56,848 nt of DNA from an uncultured Bacteriovoracaceae bacterium (GTDB lineage: Bacteria > Desulfobacterota > Desulfomonilia > UBA1062), in assembly GCA_964422755.1 (NCBI GenBank), contig CAYRCP010000001.1, forward strand, positions 1 to 56,848, given 5' to 3'. Below are positions 7,944 through 20,649 of this stretch, one piece after another; position 1 is the stretch's first letter; every line of letters starts with the position of its first letter. The translations under genes and the position numbers were made by a program. The notes beneath the pieces were generated by a model. That model saw only the letters and a list, made by a program, of their open reading frames with translations. It was not told the DNA's origin and did not search any database.

Positions 7944-10522
7944 GCAGGCTCTATCTCCACTTTCTCTTGGGTGAACACTTCTATAATATCTCCGACCTTG
8001 AGATCGTTAAAACTTCCAAGACCTATACCGCACTCATATCCTGAGGCAACTTCTTTTGCGTCATCCTTAAAGCGGCGCAGCGAATCCACCCGGCCTTCGT
8101 GAACGACGACATTGTCACGAAGAAGCCGTGCCTGTGACCCTCTCTTTATTGTTCCTTCGGTAACCATGCACCCGGCAATGATCCCGATCTTGGGGACCTT
8201 AAAGAGATCTCGTACCGATGCCCTACCCTGGACAACCTCTTCATAGACCGGTTCCAGCATGCCGCGTAATGCCTGTTTAATATCTTCAATGAGATCATAG
8301 ATCACGGTATAGAGCTTAATTTCGACGTTATATTTTTTGGCCAGCGCGCGCGCCTTGGTCTCGGGCCTCACATTGAATCCTACAATAATACCCATTGACG
8401 TCGAAGCCAGCAGCACATCATTTTCCGTAATGCCGCCAACTGCAGAATGGATCACGTTGATGCGGAGGTCTTCCTCTCCGACATCGATACCCGTCACCGA
8501 TCCTTCAATGGCCTCCAGCGTACCGTGCACATCCCCTTTGATAATCAGGTTGAGTTCTTTGAGCTTACCTTCCTGAACCTGGTTATACAGGTCTTCCAGC
8601 GTTACCTGTCCTTTTGTCTCCTGGCTCTGCTGCCGGGCAAGCTCGGCGTTTTCACCGATGTATGAGATAATCTCTTTCGCCTTCTTCTCGTTTGGTACGA
8701 TAAACAAGGTATCGCCGGCAGAGGGGAGGCCATTCAAACCGATTATCTCAAGGGGGGTTGCAGGTCCTGCCTGTGAAATCGGTTCCCCGGTAAAATCATA
8801 CATCGCGCGGGCCTTGCCCCAGTTGGGTCCAACCACAAACACGTCACCCCGCCTCATCAGACCCTGCTGGATGAGGATAGTTGACATGGGGCCCCGGTTT
8901 TTATCCAGCTTGGACTCCAGAACAACCCCTCGCGCCGCACCTTTCGGATTCGCCTTGAGATCCAGGATCTCCGCCTGCAGTAATATCATCTCCAGAAGGT
9001 CTTCAATGCCGGTACGTTTTTTTGCCGAGACATCCACAAATATGGTATCTCCGCCCCAATCTTCAGGCACGAGTCCAAGCTCGGAGAGCTGTTCTTTCAC
9101 CCGCTGAGGGTTTGCATTGGGCTTGTCAATCTTATTTACCGCCACGAGTATGGGGATCTGTGCAGCCCGGGAATGATTGATCGCCTCCCGTGTCTGATCC
9201 ATGACCCCGTCATCTGCAGCAACAACGAGCACGACAAAATCCGTTACCTGGGCACCCCTGGATCTCATGGAGGTAAAGGCCTCATGTCCGGGGGTATCGA
9301 TAAATGTGATGAGTTTGCCCTTACAGGTAGCCTGGTAGGCACCTATGTGCTGGGTTATTCCTCCAGACTCGCTGTCTATTACATTCTCTTTCCGGATTGC
9401 ATCCAGCAGGGAGGTCTTCCCATGATCAACATGGCCCATCACCGTGACCACCGGAGGTCTGGGCTTTACCTTGTCGGCATCATAGGTGGGTTCGCTGAAG
9501 TAGGTTTCTTTGATCTCATCGCGAACCTCCTCTGCCTCAAAGCCCAACTCCGATGCCACCAGCAGGGCTTCTTCCGAAGAAATGTACTGGTTCTGCGAAG
9601 CCATCACACCAAGGCTCATGAGTGCCTTGATAACATCCGACACCTTTATTCCCATCTCTTTGGCAAGATTTATAACCGTCACGCTCCTGCCGATACGAAT
9701 CTTCTTTTTCTTTAAGAGTGCCCCCACTGCAGCTCTCTTGTCTTTTTTCTTCTTGAGCTTCTTCCCAAAGGCCTGCTTACCGGAACCGTAGAGGTCAGAG
9801 TGCGTGTACACTTCTGTTTCTTTTTCTTTGGGTTTCTTGGCTTTCTTTGCCGCGGGGCGGACATGTTTGGCCTCTCCCCCCTCGACCTTTTCTTCCTCCA
9901 CCTCTTTTACCTTCTTCCCTTTCTTTTTATCCTTTTTCTTTTTCTCTGATTCTTCTTCTTTCTTCTCTTCTTCCGTGAGTACCTTGGGTTCAGCCGGTGT
10001 TTCCTGTGGAGCAGTCTCTTCCAAAATTACCGGCTCGGCCGCTATCTCCTCTCTGGTTTCTGCGCCTTCCTCTACGAAAGGTCCCTCGGGCTTCTCTTTT
10101 TTATCCGCTATCAGGGGTTCTTCTTCCGGTTCCGCTGTCTCGGGCTCCACCATTTCAGGCTCTTTTGCCACAAGAGTTTCTTCCGTCTTTTGCGGCACTT
10201 CTTCGCCAGCGGCCTCAACTTCACTGGCCGGTTCTGCCGGGGCTTCCTTTGGCGGCTCTTGTTCGGAGGGGGGACTCACTCGGGCTCTGCGCCTGATTAT
10301 ATTGGCACTTACCCGTTTTTCCACGTATATGTCCTGAGAAGATTCTTCTTCGGGTTTTTCCGTATCCTTCTGCACTCTCTTTTTTATCCGCTCAATATCA
10401 TGAACATCAACCATGCTCATGTTGTTTTCAACAGAGATTGCCAGATCCTTTGCAATCTTGAGAAGATCCCTTGCCTCGATGGACAAATCTTTCGCTAATT
10501 CAAAAACCCTCATCTTTTTCAT
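7937..10522 (-). CDS. infB: Translation initiation factor IF-2
   Basis: From ORF 7937..10633. GTPase motifs [20 protein letters not shown] and NKIDK are present, and the N-terminal region is rich in E, K and P. Start trimmed to [13 protein letters not shown], whose ATG forms an ATGA overlap with the upstream gene's stop. Confidence 0.96.
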   Translation of the reverse strand: MKKMRVFELAKDLSIEARDLLKIAKDLAISVENNMSMVDVHDIERIKKRVQKDTEKPEEESSQDIYVEKRVSANIIRRRARVSPPSEQEPPKEAPAEPASEVEAAGEEVPQKTEETLVAKEPEMVEPETAEPEEEPLIADKKEKPEGPFVEEGAETREEIAAEPVILEETAPQETPAEPKVLTEEEKKEEESEKKKKDKKKGKKVKEVEEEKVEGGEAKHVRPAAKKAKKPKEKETEVYTHSDLYGSGKQAFGKKLKKKKDKRAAVGALLKKKKIRIGRSVTVINLAKEMGIKVSDVIKALMSLGVMASQNQYISSEEALLVASELGFEAEEVRDEIKETYFSEPTYDADKVKPRPPVVTVMGHVDHGKTSLLDAIRKENVIDSESGGITQHIGAYQATCKGKLITFIDTPGHEAFTSMRSRGAQVTDFVVLVVAADDGVMDQTREAINHSRAAQIPILVAVNKIDKPNANPQRVKEQLSELGLVPEDWGGDTIFVDVSAKKRTGIEDLLEMILLQAEILDLKANPKGAARGVVLESKLDKNRGPMSTILIQQGLMRRGDVFVVGPNWGKARAMYDFTGEPISQAGPATPLEIIGLNGLPSAGDTLFIVPNEKKAKEIISYIGENAELARQQSQETKGQVTLEDLYNQVQEGKLKELNLIIKGDVHGTLEAIEGSVTGIDVGEEDLRINVIHSAVGGITENDVLLASTSMGIIVGFNVRPETKARALAKKYNVEIKLYTVIYDLIEDIKQALRGMLEPVYEEVVQGRASVRDLFKVPKIGIIAGCMVTEGTIKRGSQARLLRDNVVVHEGRVDSLRRFKDDAKEVASGYECGIGLGSFNDLKVGDIIEVFTQEKVEIEPAW

Positions 10523-11082
10523 ATAGCCAGCCCCTTGGAAGACAACCTTTCGTACATGCGAAGGTCCCTTTCCAGCTGTGTTATCAGTGGAAAGTCTTCC
10601 TTCACGGCATATGCTGCCGCATCCTGCATGCAATCCCCAGGTACATCAATAACGACAGCTCCTGTTTTGTGTGCCGCCGTGTGTATTTTCTTTTTTTGAT
10701 CCGGAGACATTTCCCTGCATACAACGATAAGATCGTCCTTGATCAAACCGTCTAATTCGAAACCCGTATCACGGAGAAGTTTCATCTTTTTTCCCAGCGC
10801 AAAATATTTTTTTATGCTCGTACAAAGAACTTCCTCAATCCCATAAAAGAGGTCTTTGAGGTGTCTGCTGTCGGGAAAGTATTTTATCCATCTTTTGTTT
10901 TTAGATGCTCGCTGAAAACACATTCCATCAGGGCACAGGTATATCCCTCGCCCCTGAAGGGTATGCATCCCGTCGAATGCTGTCTGTCCTGATGATAAGA
11001 GGACCAATCTTATAAGCTCCTTTTTCGGCCGCACGCTCCGGCAACCGATGCACTGCCTGTGAGGGTCGCCACTATGCGTCAC
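10519..11082 (-). CDS. YlxR (DUF448)-like RNA-binding protein with a C-terminal L7Ae/YlxQ-like extension (apparent fusion)
   Basis: 187 aa. The N-terminal half has YlxR hallmarks (RQCIGCRSVRPKKELIRLV ... GRGIYLCPD). The C-terminal ~95 aa (ALGKKMKLLRDTG...LIVVCREMSPDQKKKIHTAAHKTGAVVIDV) follows the YlxQ/L7Ae pattern. Position between nusA and infB matches ylxR-ylxQ of Firmicutes. Confidence 0.7.
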   Translation of the reverse strand: MTHSGDPHRQCIGCRSVRPKKELIRLVLLSSGQTAFDGMHTLQGRGIYLCPDGMCFQRASKNKRWIKYFPDSRHLKDLFYGIEEVLCTSIKKYFALGKKMKLLRDTGFELDGLIKDDLIVVCREMSPDQKKKIHTAAHKTGAVVIDVPGDCMQDAAAYAVKEDFPLITQLERDLRMYERLSSKGLAI

Positions 11083-12310
11083 TCTCTCCCACCGCAGCCT
11101 TTTCGATCAATTTTTTTGCCAAAGACTCGTCAATCCCCTCAAACTCCAGGAGATCTTCTTCCTTTGCCTTTGCCAGATCCGCTCTGGTTTTATACCCGGC
11201 CTCTCTCAAGATATCTGCCAGAGATTCGTCGATATCTTCAATGGTGGTAAGGGCATTTTTCTCTTCGGAGGATATGATTTCTTCCGTATCCTCCGAATGA
11301 ACATCAATCCTCCAGCCGGTAAGCTTTGCCACCAGCCTGACATTCTGCCCCTTTCTCCCGATTGCGAGACTCAGCTGATCATCGGCCACAACAACATCCA
11401 TGCTCCATGCCGCCTTGTCCACGATCACCTTCGATACCCGCGCCGGGGACAGCGCGTTGCAGACAAACCGGACAGGATCTTCTGACCATATAATAATATC
11501 CTGCCGCTCGCCTTTCAACTCCTGTATGACGTTCTGAACGCGCGCACCCTTGACGCCTACGCAGGTTCCCACCGGGTCTACCTTGGCATCATGTGAGCGC
11601 ACCGCTATCTTTGCCCTGATACCAGGTTCCCTGGCAACGGTTACTATCTCCACGATCCCTTCGGTTACTTCCGGAACCTCCAGCGCATAGAGTTTCATCA
11701 GGAATTTCGGGTGTGTTCTCGACAACTCTATCTGCGGTATCCGCAGGGATTTGGTCACATCCAGGATTAACGCCTGAATTCTGTCGCCCCGCCTGAGCGT
11801 CTCTCCGGGAATCATCTCCTTCTCCCGTAAAATCGCCTCGGCTTTCCCGAGGTTTACGATGGCATCCCGCCTGTCGAACCGGTGAATGAATCCGGAGACC
11901 AATTCCCCTTTGCGGTCGATGAAATCATTATAGACAGAATCGCGCTCCGCCTCTTTCACCTTTTGGACGATAACCTGTTTCGCACTCTGGGCAGCAATGC
12001 GGCCCAGTCTCGACGCGTCAAGCTTTTCGCCAAGTTCATCGCCGATTTGGCAAGTGGGGTCAAGTTCTCGGGCGGCCTTCATGGAAATATGCAGGTTCGG
12101 ATCTTCTACTTCCTCGGCTACAACCTTAAACTGAAAAACCTCAACCTCATCAATTTCCGGGTTGTATTGAGCTTCAATATTGTCATAGTCCCCATAAACC
12201 TTTTTTGCTGCACTCTGTACAGCGGCCTCTACTACTTGAACCAAATCTTCCTGTCGAAGGCCTTTTTCCTTCACAATCAACTCAATTACCTTTGAAAGAT
12301 TTAAAACCAT
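11072..12310 (-). CDS. nusA: Transcription termination/antitermination factor NusA
   Basis: 412 aa with an N-terminal domain, an S1 domain, two KH domains (IGRKGQNVRLVAKLTGWRIDV) and a C-terminal HhH-like tail. Confidence 0.97.
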   Translation of the reverse strand: MVLNLSKVIELIVKEKGLRQEDLVQVVEAAVQSAAKKVYGDYDNIEAQYNPEIDEVEVFQFKVVAEEVEDPNLHISMKAARELDPTCQIGDELGEKLDASRLGRIAAQSAKQVIVQKVKEAERDSVYNDFIDRKGELVSGFIHRFDRRDAIVNLGKAEAILREKEMIPGETLRRGDRIQALILDVTKSLRIPQIELSRTHPKFLMKLYALEVPEVTEGIVEIVTVAREPGIRAKIAVRSHDAKVDPVGTCVGVKGARVQNVIQELKGERQDIIIWSEDPVRFVCNALSPARVSKVIVDKAAWSMDVVVADDQLSLAIGRKGQNVRLVAKLTGWRIDVHSEDTEEIISSEEKNALTTIEDIDESLADILREAGYKTRADLAKAKEEDLLEFEGIDESLAKKLIEKAAVGESDA

Positions 12311-12319
12311 ACCTTCTCC

Positions 12320-12757
12320 CTAGAAATCAAATTCAAGATTTGCCTTAATAATGTCTTGCAGTTGAAGCAAAATCTCGGAACCGTCAATATCTAATAAACA
12401 CACGTTATCTCCTGCCAACCCCTTGATAGTCCCCCTGACTACCCCCTCTTTGGTGCGTATCTTTACCTTTTTTCCTGCAAAGTACTCAAAATCCTTCAGC
12501 GTCTTTAACCTGCGCGTAAGGCCAGGTGATGAAACCTCAAGCCGGTACGACCCCTTGATGGGGTCTTGTGAGTCCAGCAGTAAACTCACCCGTTTGTTCA
12601 CCGCAACACAATCGTCAAGCGTTATGCCTCCCGGCTTGTCAATGGTGAGGCGCAGAATACCCCCGTTTAAGGCAAGCTCCAAGAGCTCATACCCCATCAG
12701 GGCAATCTCGGGTGCAACCAGCTTATTCACGCCTTGTTCCAATCCTTCCGTCTTCAT
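12320..12757 (-). CDS. rimP: Ribosome maturation factor RimP
   Basis: 145 aa with a RimP-like sequence (LVAPEIALMGYELLELAL...LRLTIDKPGGITLDDC...YRLEVSSPGL). Located immediately upstream of nusA. Confidence 0.9.
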   Translation of the reverse strand: MKTEGLEQGVNKLVAPEIALMGYELLELALNGGILRLTIDKPGGITLDDCVAVNKRVSLLLDSQDPIKGSYRLEVSSPGLTRRLKTLKDFEYFAGKKVKIRTKEGVVRGTIKGLAGDNVCLLDIDGSEILLQLQDIIKANLEFDF

Positions 12758-12835
12758 ATGAAATAAAAAAGCGGGCTATCGCCCACTTTCTCACCTCCCT
12801 CGTTTCCTTCTCAACCGCTTCCTAAAACATCTTTG

Positions 12836-12908
12836 AGCGGGCAACGGGATTCGAACCCGCGACATTCAGCTTGGGAAGCTGACACTCTACCAACTGAGCT
12901 ATGCCCGC
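12836..12908 (-). tRNA. tRNA-Gly (anticodon CCC)
   Basis: The reverse complement folds by hand into a 73-nt cloverleaf. Acceptor stem GCGGGCA/TGCCCGC, D arm GCTC-AGTTGGTA-GAGT, anticodon arm TCAGC-TTCCCAA-GCTGA, T arm GCGGG-TTCGAAT-CCCGT. No CCA is encoded. Confidence 0.9.
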
Positions 12909-12918
12909 ACTGACTAAT

Positions 12919-12947
12919 CTAATAGAATATGGCCTGTTGTTTGTCAA
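12919..12947 (-). promoter_or_regulatory. Putative sigma70 promoter of tRNA-Gly / rimP operon
   Basis: Minus strand reads TTGACA-N17-TATTAG with an AT-rich stretch upstream. The -10 ends about 10 nt before the mature tRNA 5' end. Confidence 0.4.
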
Positions 12948-13066
12948 CTAGTCTTTAAATATTGAAAATATGACCTTGTTCTATATTGAAAGAGTAATCC
13001 TACGGTGGGTATATAAAGCCTTTATGACACTGAAATCACATCAGTTTGTACTAACTGTGAAGACGG

Positions 13067-13474
13067 TCAAAGGAGTTGATCTGCCACTATTTTCAATAGA
13101 ACCGAGCGTTTTCTCGGCCCATCAAACTCAGCAAGGAAAATCCCCTGCCATGTCCCCAGGACAAGTGCCCCGCTCTCTACGAAAACGGTTACGCTCGATC
13201 CCAGGATACTCGACTTGATGTGCGCATCGGAATTTCCTTCCATGTGTAAATAATTGTCGCTGGCAGGCACGAGGCGGTCAAACACCATGAGCATATCTTC
13301 CTTTACGGATGGGTCGGCATTCTCGTTGATGGTCACGCCGCACGTAGTATGCGGAACATATACAACAATGATTCCAGATGACATGTTTTCGTTTCGCAGC
13401 AGGGTTTTGATGTGTGTAGTTATGTCAATGAGCTGAATACGGGATGTAGTTTTTACCTCCAATCTCTTTAACAT
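13067..13474 (-). CDS. YjbQ/UPF0047 family protein (secondary thiamine-phosphate synthase-like)
   Basis: From ORF 13067..13582. Family-typical sequence VYVPHTTCGVTINENADPSV...HMEGNSDAHIKSSILG. Start trimmed to MLKRLEVKT, which gives the usual family length of about 135 aa. Confidence 0.8.
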   Translation of the reverse strand: MLKRLEVKTTSRIQLIDITTHIKTLLRNENMSSGIIVVYVPHTTCGVTINENADPSVKEDMLMVFDRLVPASDNYLHMEGNSDAHIKSSILGSSVTVFVESGALVLGTWQGIFLAEFDGPRKRSVLLKIVADQLL

Positions 13475-13508
13475 GTATCTCCTCACTCCATGGATAATTT
13501 TGTTTTGA

Positions 13509-14318
13509 CTAACGGCTATCCCCTTTGTTTCGAACAAATATATTTCTGAAATTATCAGTGGTTGCGAGAGCAACCTTTTCAAGGGAAATCCCTTTTATCC
13601 GTGCAACCTCAAGAGCGGTCTGACGGATATACGAGGGTTCGTTTCTCTTTCCCCGATATGGTGCAGGGGAAAGGTATGGGGCGTCTGTTTCAATTATGAG
13701 CCTGTCCAGGGGACAAAACGCTACCACCTCATGGAGCCGGCTCGCATTTTTAAAGGTAACGACCCCGGGGATCGACACATGGAATCCCTCGTCAAGGACT
13801 TTTTTTGCAAGAGAAACATCCCCGGAAAAACAATGAAAGACGCCTCCTTCTTCCCATCCATCCCTCTCGTCCATAAGCGCGGTGGTCTTCTCGTGAGCAT
13901 CCCGGTCATGAATAATCAATGGCAGGCCGAGCTCATGTGCCAGTTTTATGTGGGCGGCAAACAATTCACGCTGGTTATCCTCGCTCTGCGGTGTGCGAAA
14001 CAAGTCGAACCCGGTTTCCCCTACGGCAACTACCTGCGGGGCTTTTGCCATTTCAGCCAGGGAATAAACATCCTCTATCCCATACGTCGTGGCAAGTTGC
14101 GGATGAATCCCTACAGAGGCATAAAACCCTTCATATTGGCGGGCGAGCGCCACGGCCCTGCGTGAATCCTCGGGATCGATTCCCACCAGAAGCATGGACG
14201 TGACCCCTGCGGCTAACGCCCGATTCACGACATCGTTTCGATCATCTTGGTATTCATCGAAGTGAAGATGATTGTGCGAATCAATGAGTGTGATGTTACC
14301 TGATTTGGAAGAGTTCAT
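13509..14318 (-). CDS. tatD: TatD family metal-dependent hydrolase/DNase
   Basis: LIDSHNHL near the N-terminus, IHDRDAH, FHCFSG and ETDAPYL motifs. Start trimmed to MNSSKSG, which has AAGAGGA upstream. Confidence 0.9.
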   Translation of the reverse strand: MNSSKSGNITLIDSHNHLHFDEYQDDRNDVVNRALAAGVTSMLLVGIDPEDSRRAVALARQYEGFYASVGIHPQLATTYGIEDVYSLAEMAKAPQVVAVGETGFDLFRTPQSEDNQRELFAAHIKLAHELGLPLIIHDRDAHEKTTALMDERDGWEEGGVFHCFSGDVSLAKKVLDEGFHVSIPGVVTFKNASRLHEVVAFCPLDRLIIETDAPYLSPAPYRGKRNEPSYIRQTALEVARIKGISLEKVALATTDNFRNIFVRNKGDSR

Positions 14319-14650
14319 CTTGAATCCTCTTGTTCCCTGCGGGTAGTGCATTATCTCTTCGTCGAGACCGTGTTGCCCTCACCGAATACATCATCCAGCC
14401 AGCCTCCATCACCATAACGGTCCATACCGCAGCATCCCCTGGTGCATAGCCTTCTTTCCAATACGTGTCGCCTGGTGAAAAAATCCTGTCTCAATATATT
14501 TGATCATGACACCTTGATCCTGTCTATGTGTCCGGGATACCCGATGATACGCCTCTTTTGTTCAACCCCTTTCGTCTCCTCAGGACATATTCCGATCATA
14601 TTATCCGGGGTTCTTCCTCGTCCTGATTGCACATGTTAACATTGCAACCC

Positions 14651-14679
14651 TTGCCAACGAAACAGTTTTTATGTAACAT
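14651..14679 (+). promoter_or_regulatory. Possible promoter of the 14687 membrane-protein gene
   Basis: TTGCCA-N17-TAACAT. The -10 ends 7 nt before the ATG at 14687 and no Shine-Dalgarno is present. Confidence 0.3.
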
Positions 14680-14686
14680 AATAATC

Positions 14687-15202
14687 ATGAATCGGATATA
14701 TAAAATCAAAACGGCCTTAAAGACCCCAATGATCCTCTCAACCCTTATATCACTCCCTATCTTTGCCGATGTCATCATGCGTGGTTTTGAGATTACCACG
14801 CTCGTTATGGCCCTGTCTCTCATGATAATCTTTTACCTGCTTACCCTGAATAATGTCTTGCGCAAGGTAAAGATAACCGATAGAGAGGTGATCATCTCGG
14901 GCATCTTCGGTCCCCGGCATATACCCACCGGAGAGATTACCTTCATTGATGGTATGACCATGGGCACCAGACAATTCATTACCATCTCAACCCATAAAAA
15001 GAATTACCTCATCCCGAACAGCTTTGCCCAGTTTGCAGAGATAATCGACGACCTGAAGAGTGTTTCCCCCCCGGAATCCCACGGCTCCTCATTGGAGTTT
15101 TTAAAAAACAACGTCGTTGAGCGAAAGAGTGATATCATCGGCGCCTGGATTACCGTCATTCTCCTGTTGATCATTATTCTCGTGCGTTATTTTCCCCGAT
15201 GA
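14687..15202 (+). CDS. Hypothetical membrane protein (two N-terminal TM helices, soluble middle, C-terminal TM helix)
   Basis: From ORF 14627..15202. Hydrophobic segments are MILSTLISLPIFADVI, TTLVMALSLMIIFYLL and IIGAWITVILLLIIILV. No family recognised. The choice of start (MNRIYKIK) is uncertain. Confidence 0.45.
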   Translation: MNRIYKIKTALKTPMILSTLISLPIFADVIMRGFEITTLVMALSLMIIFYLLTLNNVLRKVKITDREVIISGIFGPRHIPTGEITFIDGMTMGTRQFITISTHKKNYLIPNSFAQFAEIIDDLKSVSPPESHGSSLEFLKNNVVERKSDIIGAWITVILLLIIILVRYFPR

Positions 15203-15265
15203 ATTTTGCCTCTCAATACACGTTATTAAGAGGTAACTACAACTATTTTAGCAGGTTATCGGCAA

Positions 15266-15281
15266 TGTTTCACGTGAAACT
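15266..15281. promoter_or_regulatory. parS centromere-like site
   Basis: TGTTTCACGTGAAACT matches the parS consensus TGTTNCACGTGAAACA at 15 of 16 positions. It ends 42 nt upstream of parA. Confidence 0.8.
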
Positions 15282-15323
15282 TTTTTGATTCCTATTTGAT
15301 TTCATTTATGTTAGGGGTTCATA

Positions 15324-16103
15324 GTGTGTTCTAAAATTATCAGTATTTCAAATCAAAAAGGGGGGGTCGGGAAAACCACCACTGCGGTGAATCTTGCCTC
15401 ATCCCTCGCTGTTTTAGGAAAACGGGCCCTGTTGATAGACCTTGATCCCCAGGCCAACGCTACTACCGGCCTGGGAATCAATCCTGACGAACTCGAAGAA
15501 CATATCTATCATGTACTGATCGGGAAAACCGATGTTAATTCAGCCATCATACCTTTAAAATTAAATAATTTTTTTATTCTTCCCAGTCACACCGATCTTG
15601 TGGGGATTGAGGTCGAGTTGATGAACGAACCTTTGCGTGAGCGTATTATTTCAACAATGATTTCCGATATTTCTTCTGAATTTGACTATATCATTATCGA
15701 CTGTCCTCCCTCGCTGGGCCTGCTCACCTTGAATGCGCTGACGGCCTCACGCTCTCTGCTTATTCCCGTACAATGCGAATACTATGCATTGGAGGGTCTC
15801 AAGAGTCTGTTGAAAACCTTTAAACTGGTAAAGAAACGATTGAATCCGGGCCTCGGTATCGAAGGTTTTCTCCTGACCATGTATGATACCCGTACCCGAC
15901 TGAGTCACGATATCGCTGAAAATATGAAGTCTCATTTTGACTCCAAGGTATTCAGCACCATCATTCCGAGAAACATCAGGTTGTGCGAAGCACCGAGTTT
16001 TGGTCTTCCCATATGTCTGTACGATATCACCTCAAAGGGTGCTCAGCATTATCTGATGTTGGCAAAGGAGATTCTTGATATGGAGATGGGTCATGAAAAC
16101 TAA
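15324..16103 (+). CDS. parA: Chromosome partitioning ATPase ParA/Soj
   Basis: 259 aa with deviant Walker A NQKGGVGKTTT and IIDCPPSLG. GTG start. Followed by parB. Confidence 0.93.
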   Translation: MCSKIISISNQKGGVGKTTTAVNLASSLAVLGKRALLIDLDPQANATTGLGINPDELEEHIYHVLIGKTDVNSAIIPLKLNNFFILPSHTDLVGIEVELMNEPLRERIISTMISDISSEFDYIIIDCPPSLGLLTLNALTASRSLLIPVQCEYYALEGLKSLLKTFKLVKKRLNPGLGIEGFLLTMYDTRTRLSHDIAENMKSHFDSKVFSTIIPRNIRLCEAPSFGLPICLYDITSKGAQHYLMLAKEILDMEMGHEN

Positions 16104-16944
16104 ACCCCGCTTGGGAAGAGGTATTGATGCGTTATTTGGTGACAGCTTCCAGGAGGATAGTTGCCAGATCATCGATTTATCCATTAACGAGGTGTTTCCG
16201 AATCCTATACAACCTCGCAAATTTATTGACGATGATAAGATATCTGAACTCTGTGAATCCATAAAAAACAACGGTCTTATCTCTCCCATTATTGTACGGA
16301 AGATTAATTCGAAATACGAAATCATTGCCGGCGAACGGCGATACCATGCCTGTAAGAGGGCCGGTATCGAGAAAATTCCCTCCATTGTGAAAGAAATTTC
16401 TGACGAAGAGGCATTCAAGATATCTCTGATAGAAAATCTGCAACGAGAAGATTTGAATCCTATGGAAGAGGCCGAGGCTTACCATACCCTGAAAAAACAG
16501 TTCAGCCTTACGCATCAGGAAATCGCCGAGTCTGTGGCGAAAGACCGGTCAACCATCACCAATGCACTGCGTCTGGTGAATCTGCCCGAAGAGATCAAGG
16601 ATGCGCTGCGTGACGGTATCATCACAACAGGGCACGCCCGTGCCATTCTCATGGTAGAGAGCCCCCTTGATAAACGCTCCTTTTTAGATAAAATTGTCAG
16701 CAAGGGTTTGAGCGTTCGCGAAGCCGAGCAAATGGCATCCAGCGCACGCAAGGGTCCAACACCGCGCAAAAAAGCGGACCAGCATCTCGAAAACCTCTCT
16801 TCTCTTCTCTCTGAGAGGTTTTCCACGCATGTAGTATGTACCTGGGGCAAACGGAAAGGAAAGATCATCATTGATGTTTCATCCAAAGAGGATATGAGGA
16901 GAATAGTTGAGGAACTCTCACGGTATGATGAGACACCCATATAG
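16093..16944 (+). CDS. parB: Chromosome partitioning protein ParB/Spo0J
   Basis: Has GRGIDALF at the N-terminus, the ParB box IIAGERRYHA, and an HTH region (HQEIAESVAKDRSTITNALRL). Start trimmed to MKTKPRLGRG. Confidence 0.93.
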   Translation: MKTKPRLGRGIDALFGDSFQEDSCQIIDLSINEVFPNPIQPRKFIDDDKISELCESIKNNGLISPIIVRKINSKYEIIAGERRYHACKRAGIEKIPSIVKEISDEEAFKISLIENLQREDLNPMEEAEAYHTLKKQFSLTHQEIAESVAKDRSTITNALRLVNLPEEIKDALRDGIITTGHARAILMVESPLDKRSFLDKIVSKGLSVREAEQMASSARKGPTPRKKADQHLENLSSLLSERFSTHVVCTWGKRKGKIIIDVSSKEDMRRIVEELSRYDETPI

Positions 16945-17112
16945 GCCTGGAGGTTTTCGACATCTGGACAATTATGGAGCGTGGTGTAGATATGTAGAAA
17001 ACTTGTATACCTCGTTGCAAAACACCATAGATGACTAAAAACAATGAGATGGGTGAGTTATGAACATATTAACATTGGTTATTACTATAAGTATTTAAAT
17101 AGGGAGAAATAA

Positions 17113-20627
<3,515 letters not shown>

Positions 20628-20649
20628 CAGATATTTTTAAGGAAAAGTC

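Noticed and set aside
9804-10337. Ser/Phe-rich 177-aa ORF and neighbouring ORFs opposite the infB N-terminal region.
   Set aside because: These are mirror images of the low-complexity E/K/P-rich IF-2 N-terminus, so they are an artefact of biased composition.
14351-14599. Possible small selenoprotein: an 83-codon minus-strand frame with one in-frame TGA at 14504-14506.
   Set aside because: There is no Cys or redox motif near the TGA. I could not fold a convincing SECIS-like hairpin in the 40 nt downstream; only a 4-bp AU stem forms. There is no Shine-Dalgarno, and the peptide is Arg-rich and not protein-like. One stop in 83 codons is within chance for six frames. It is retained only as something to test, under the 14352-14686 finding.
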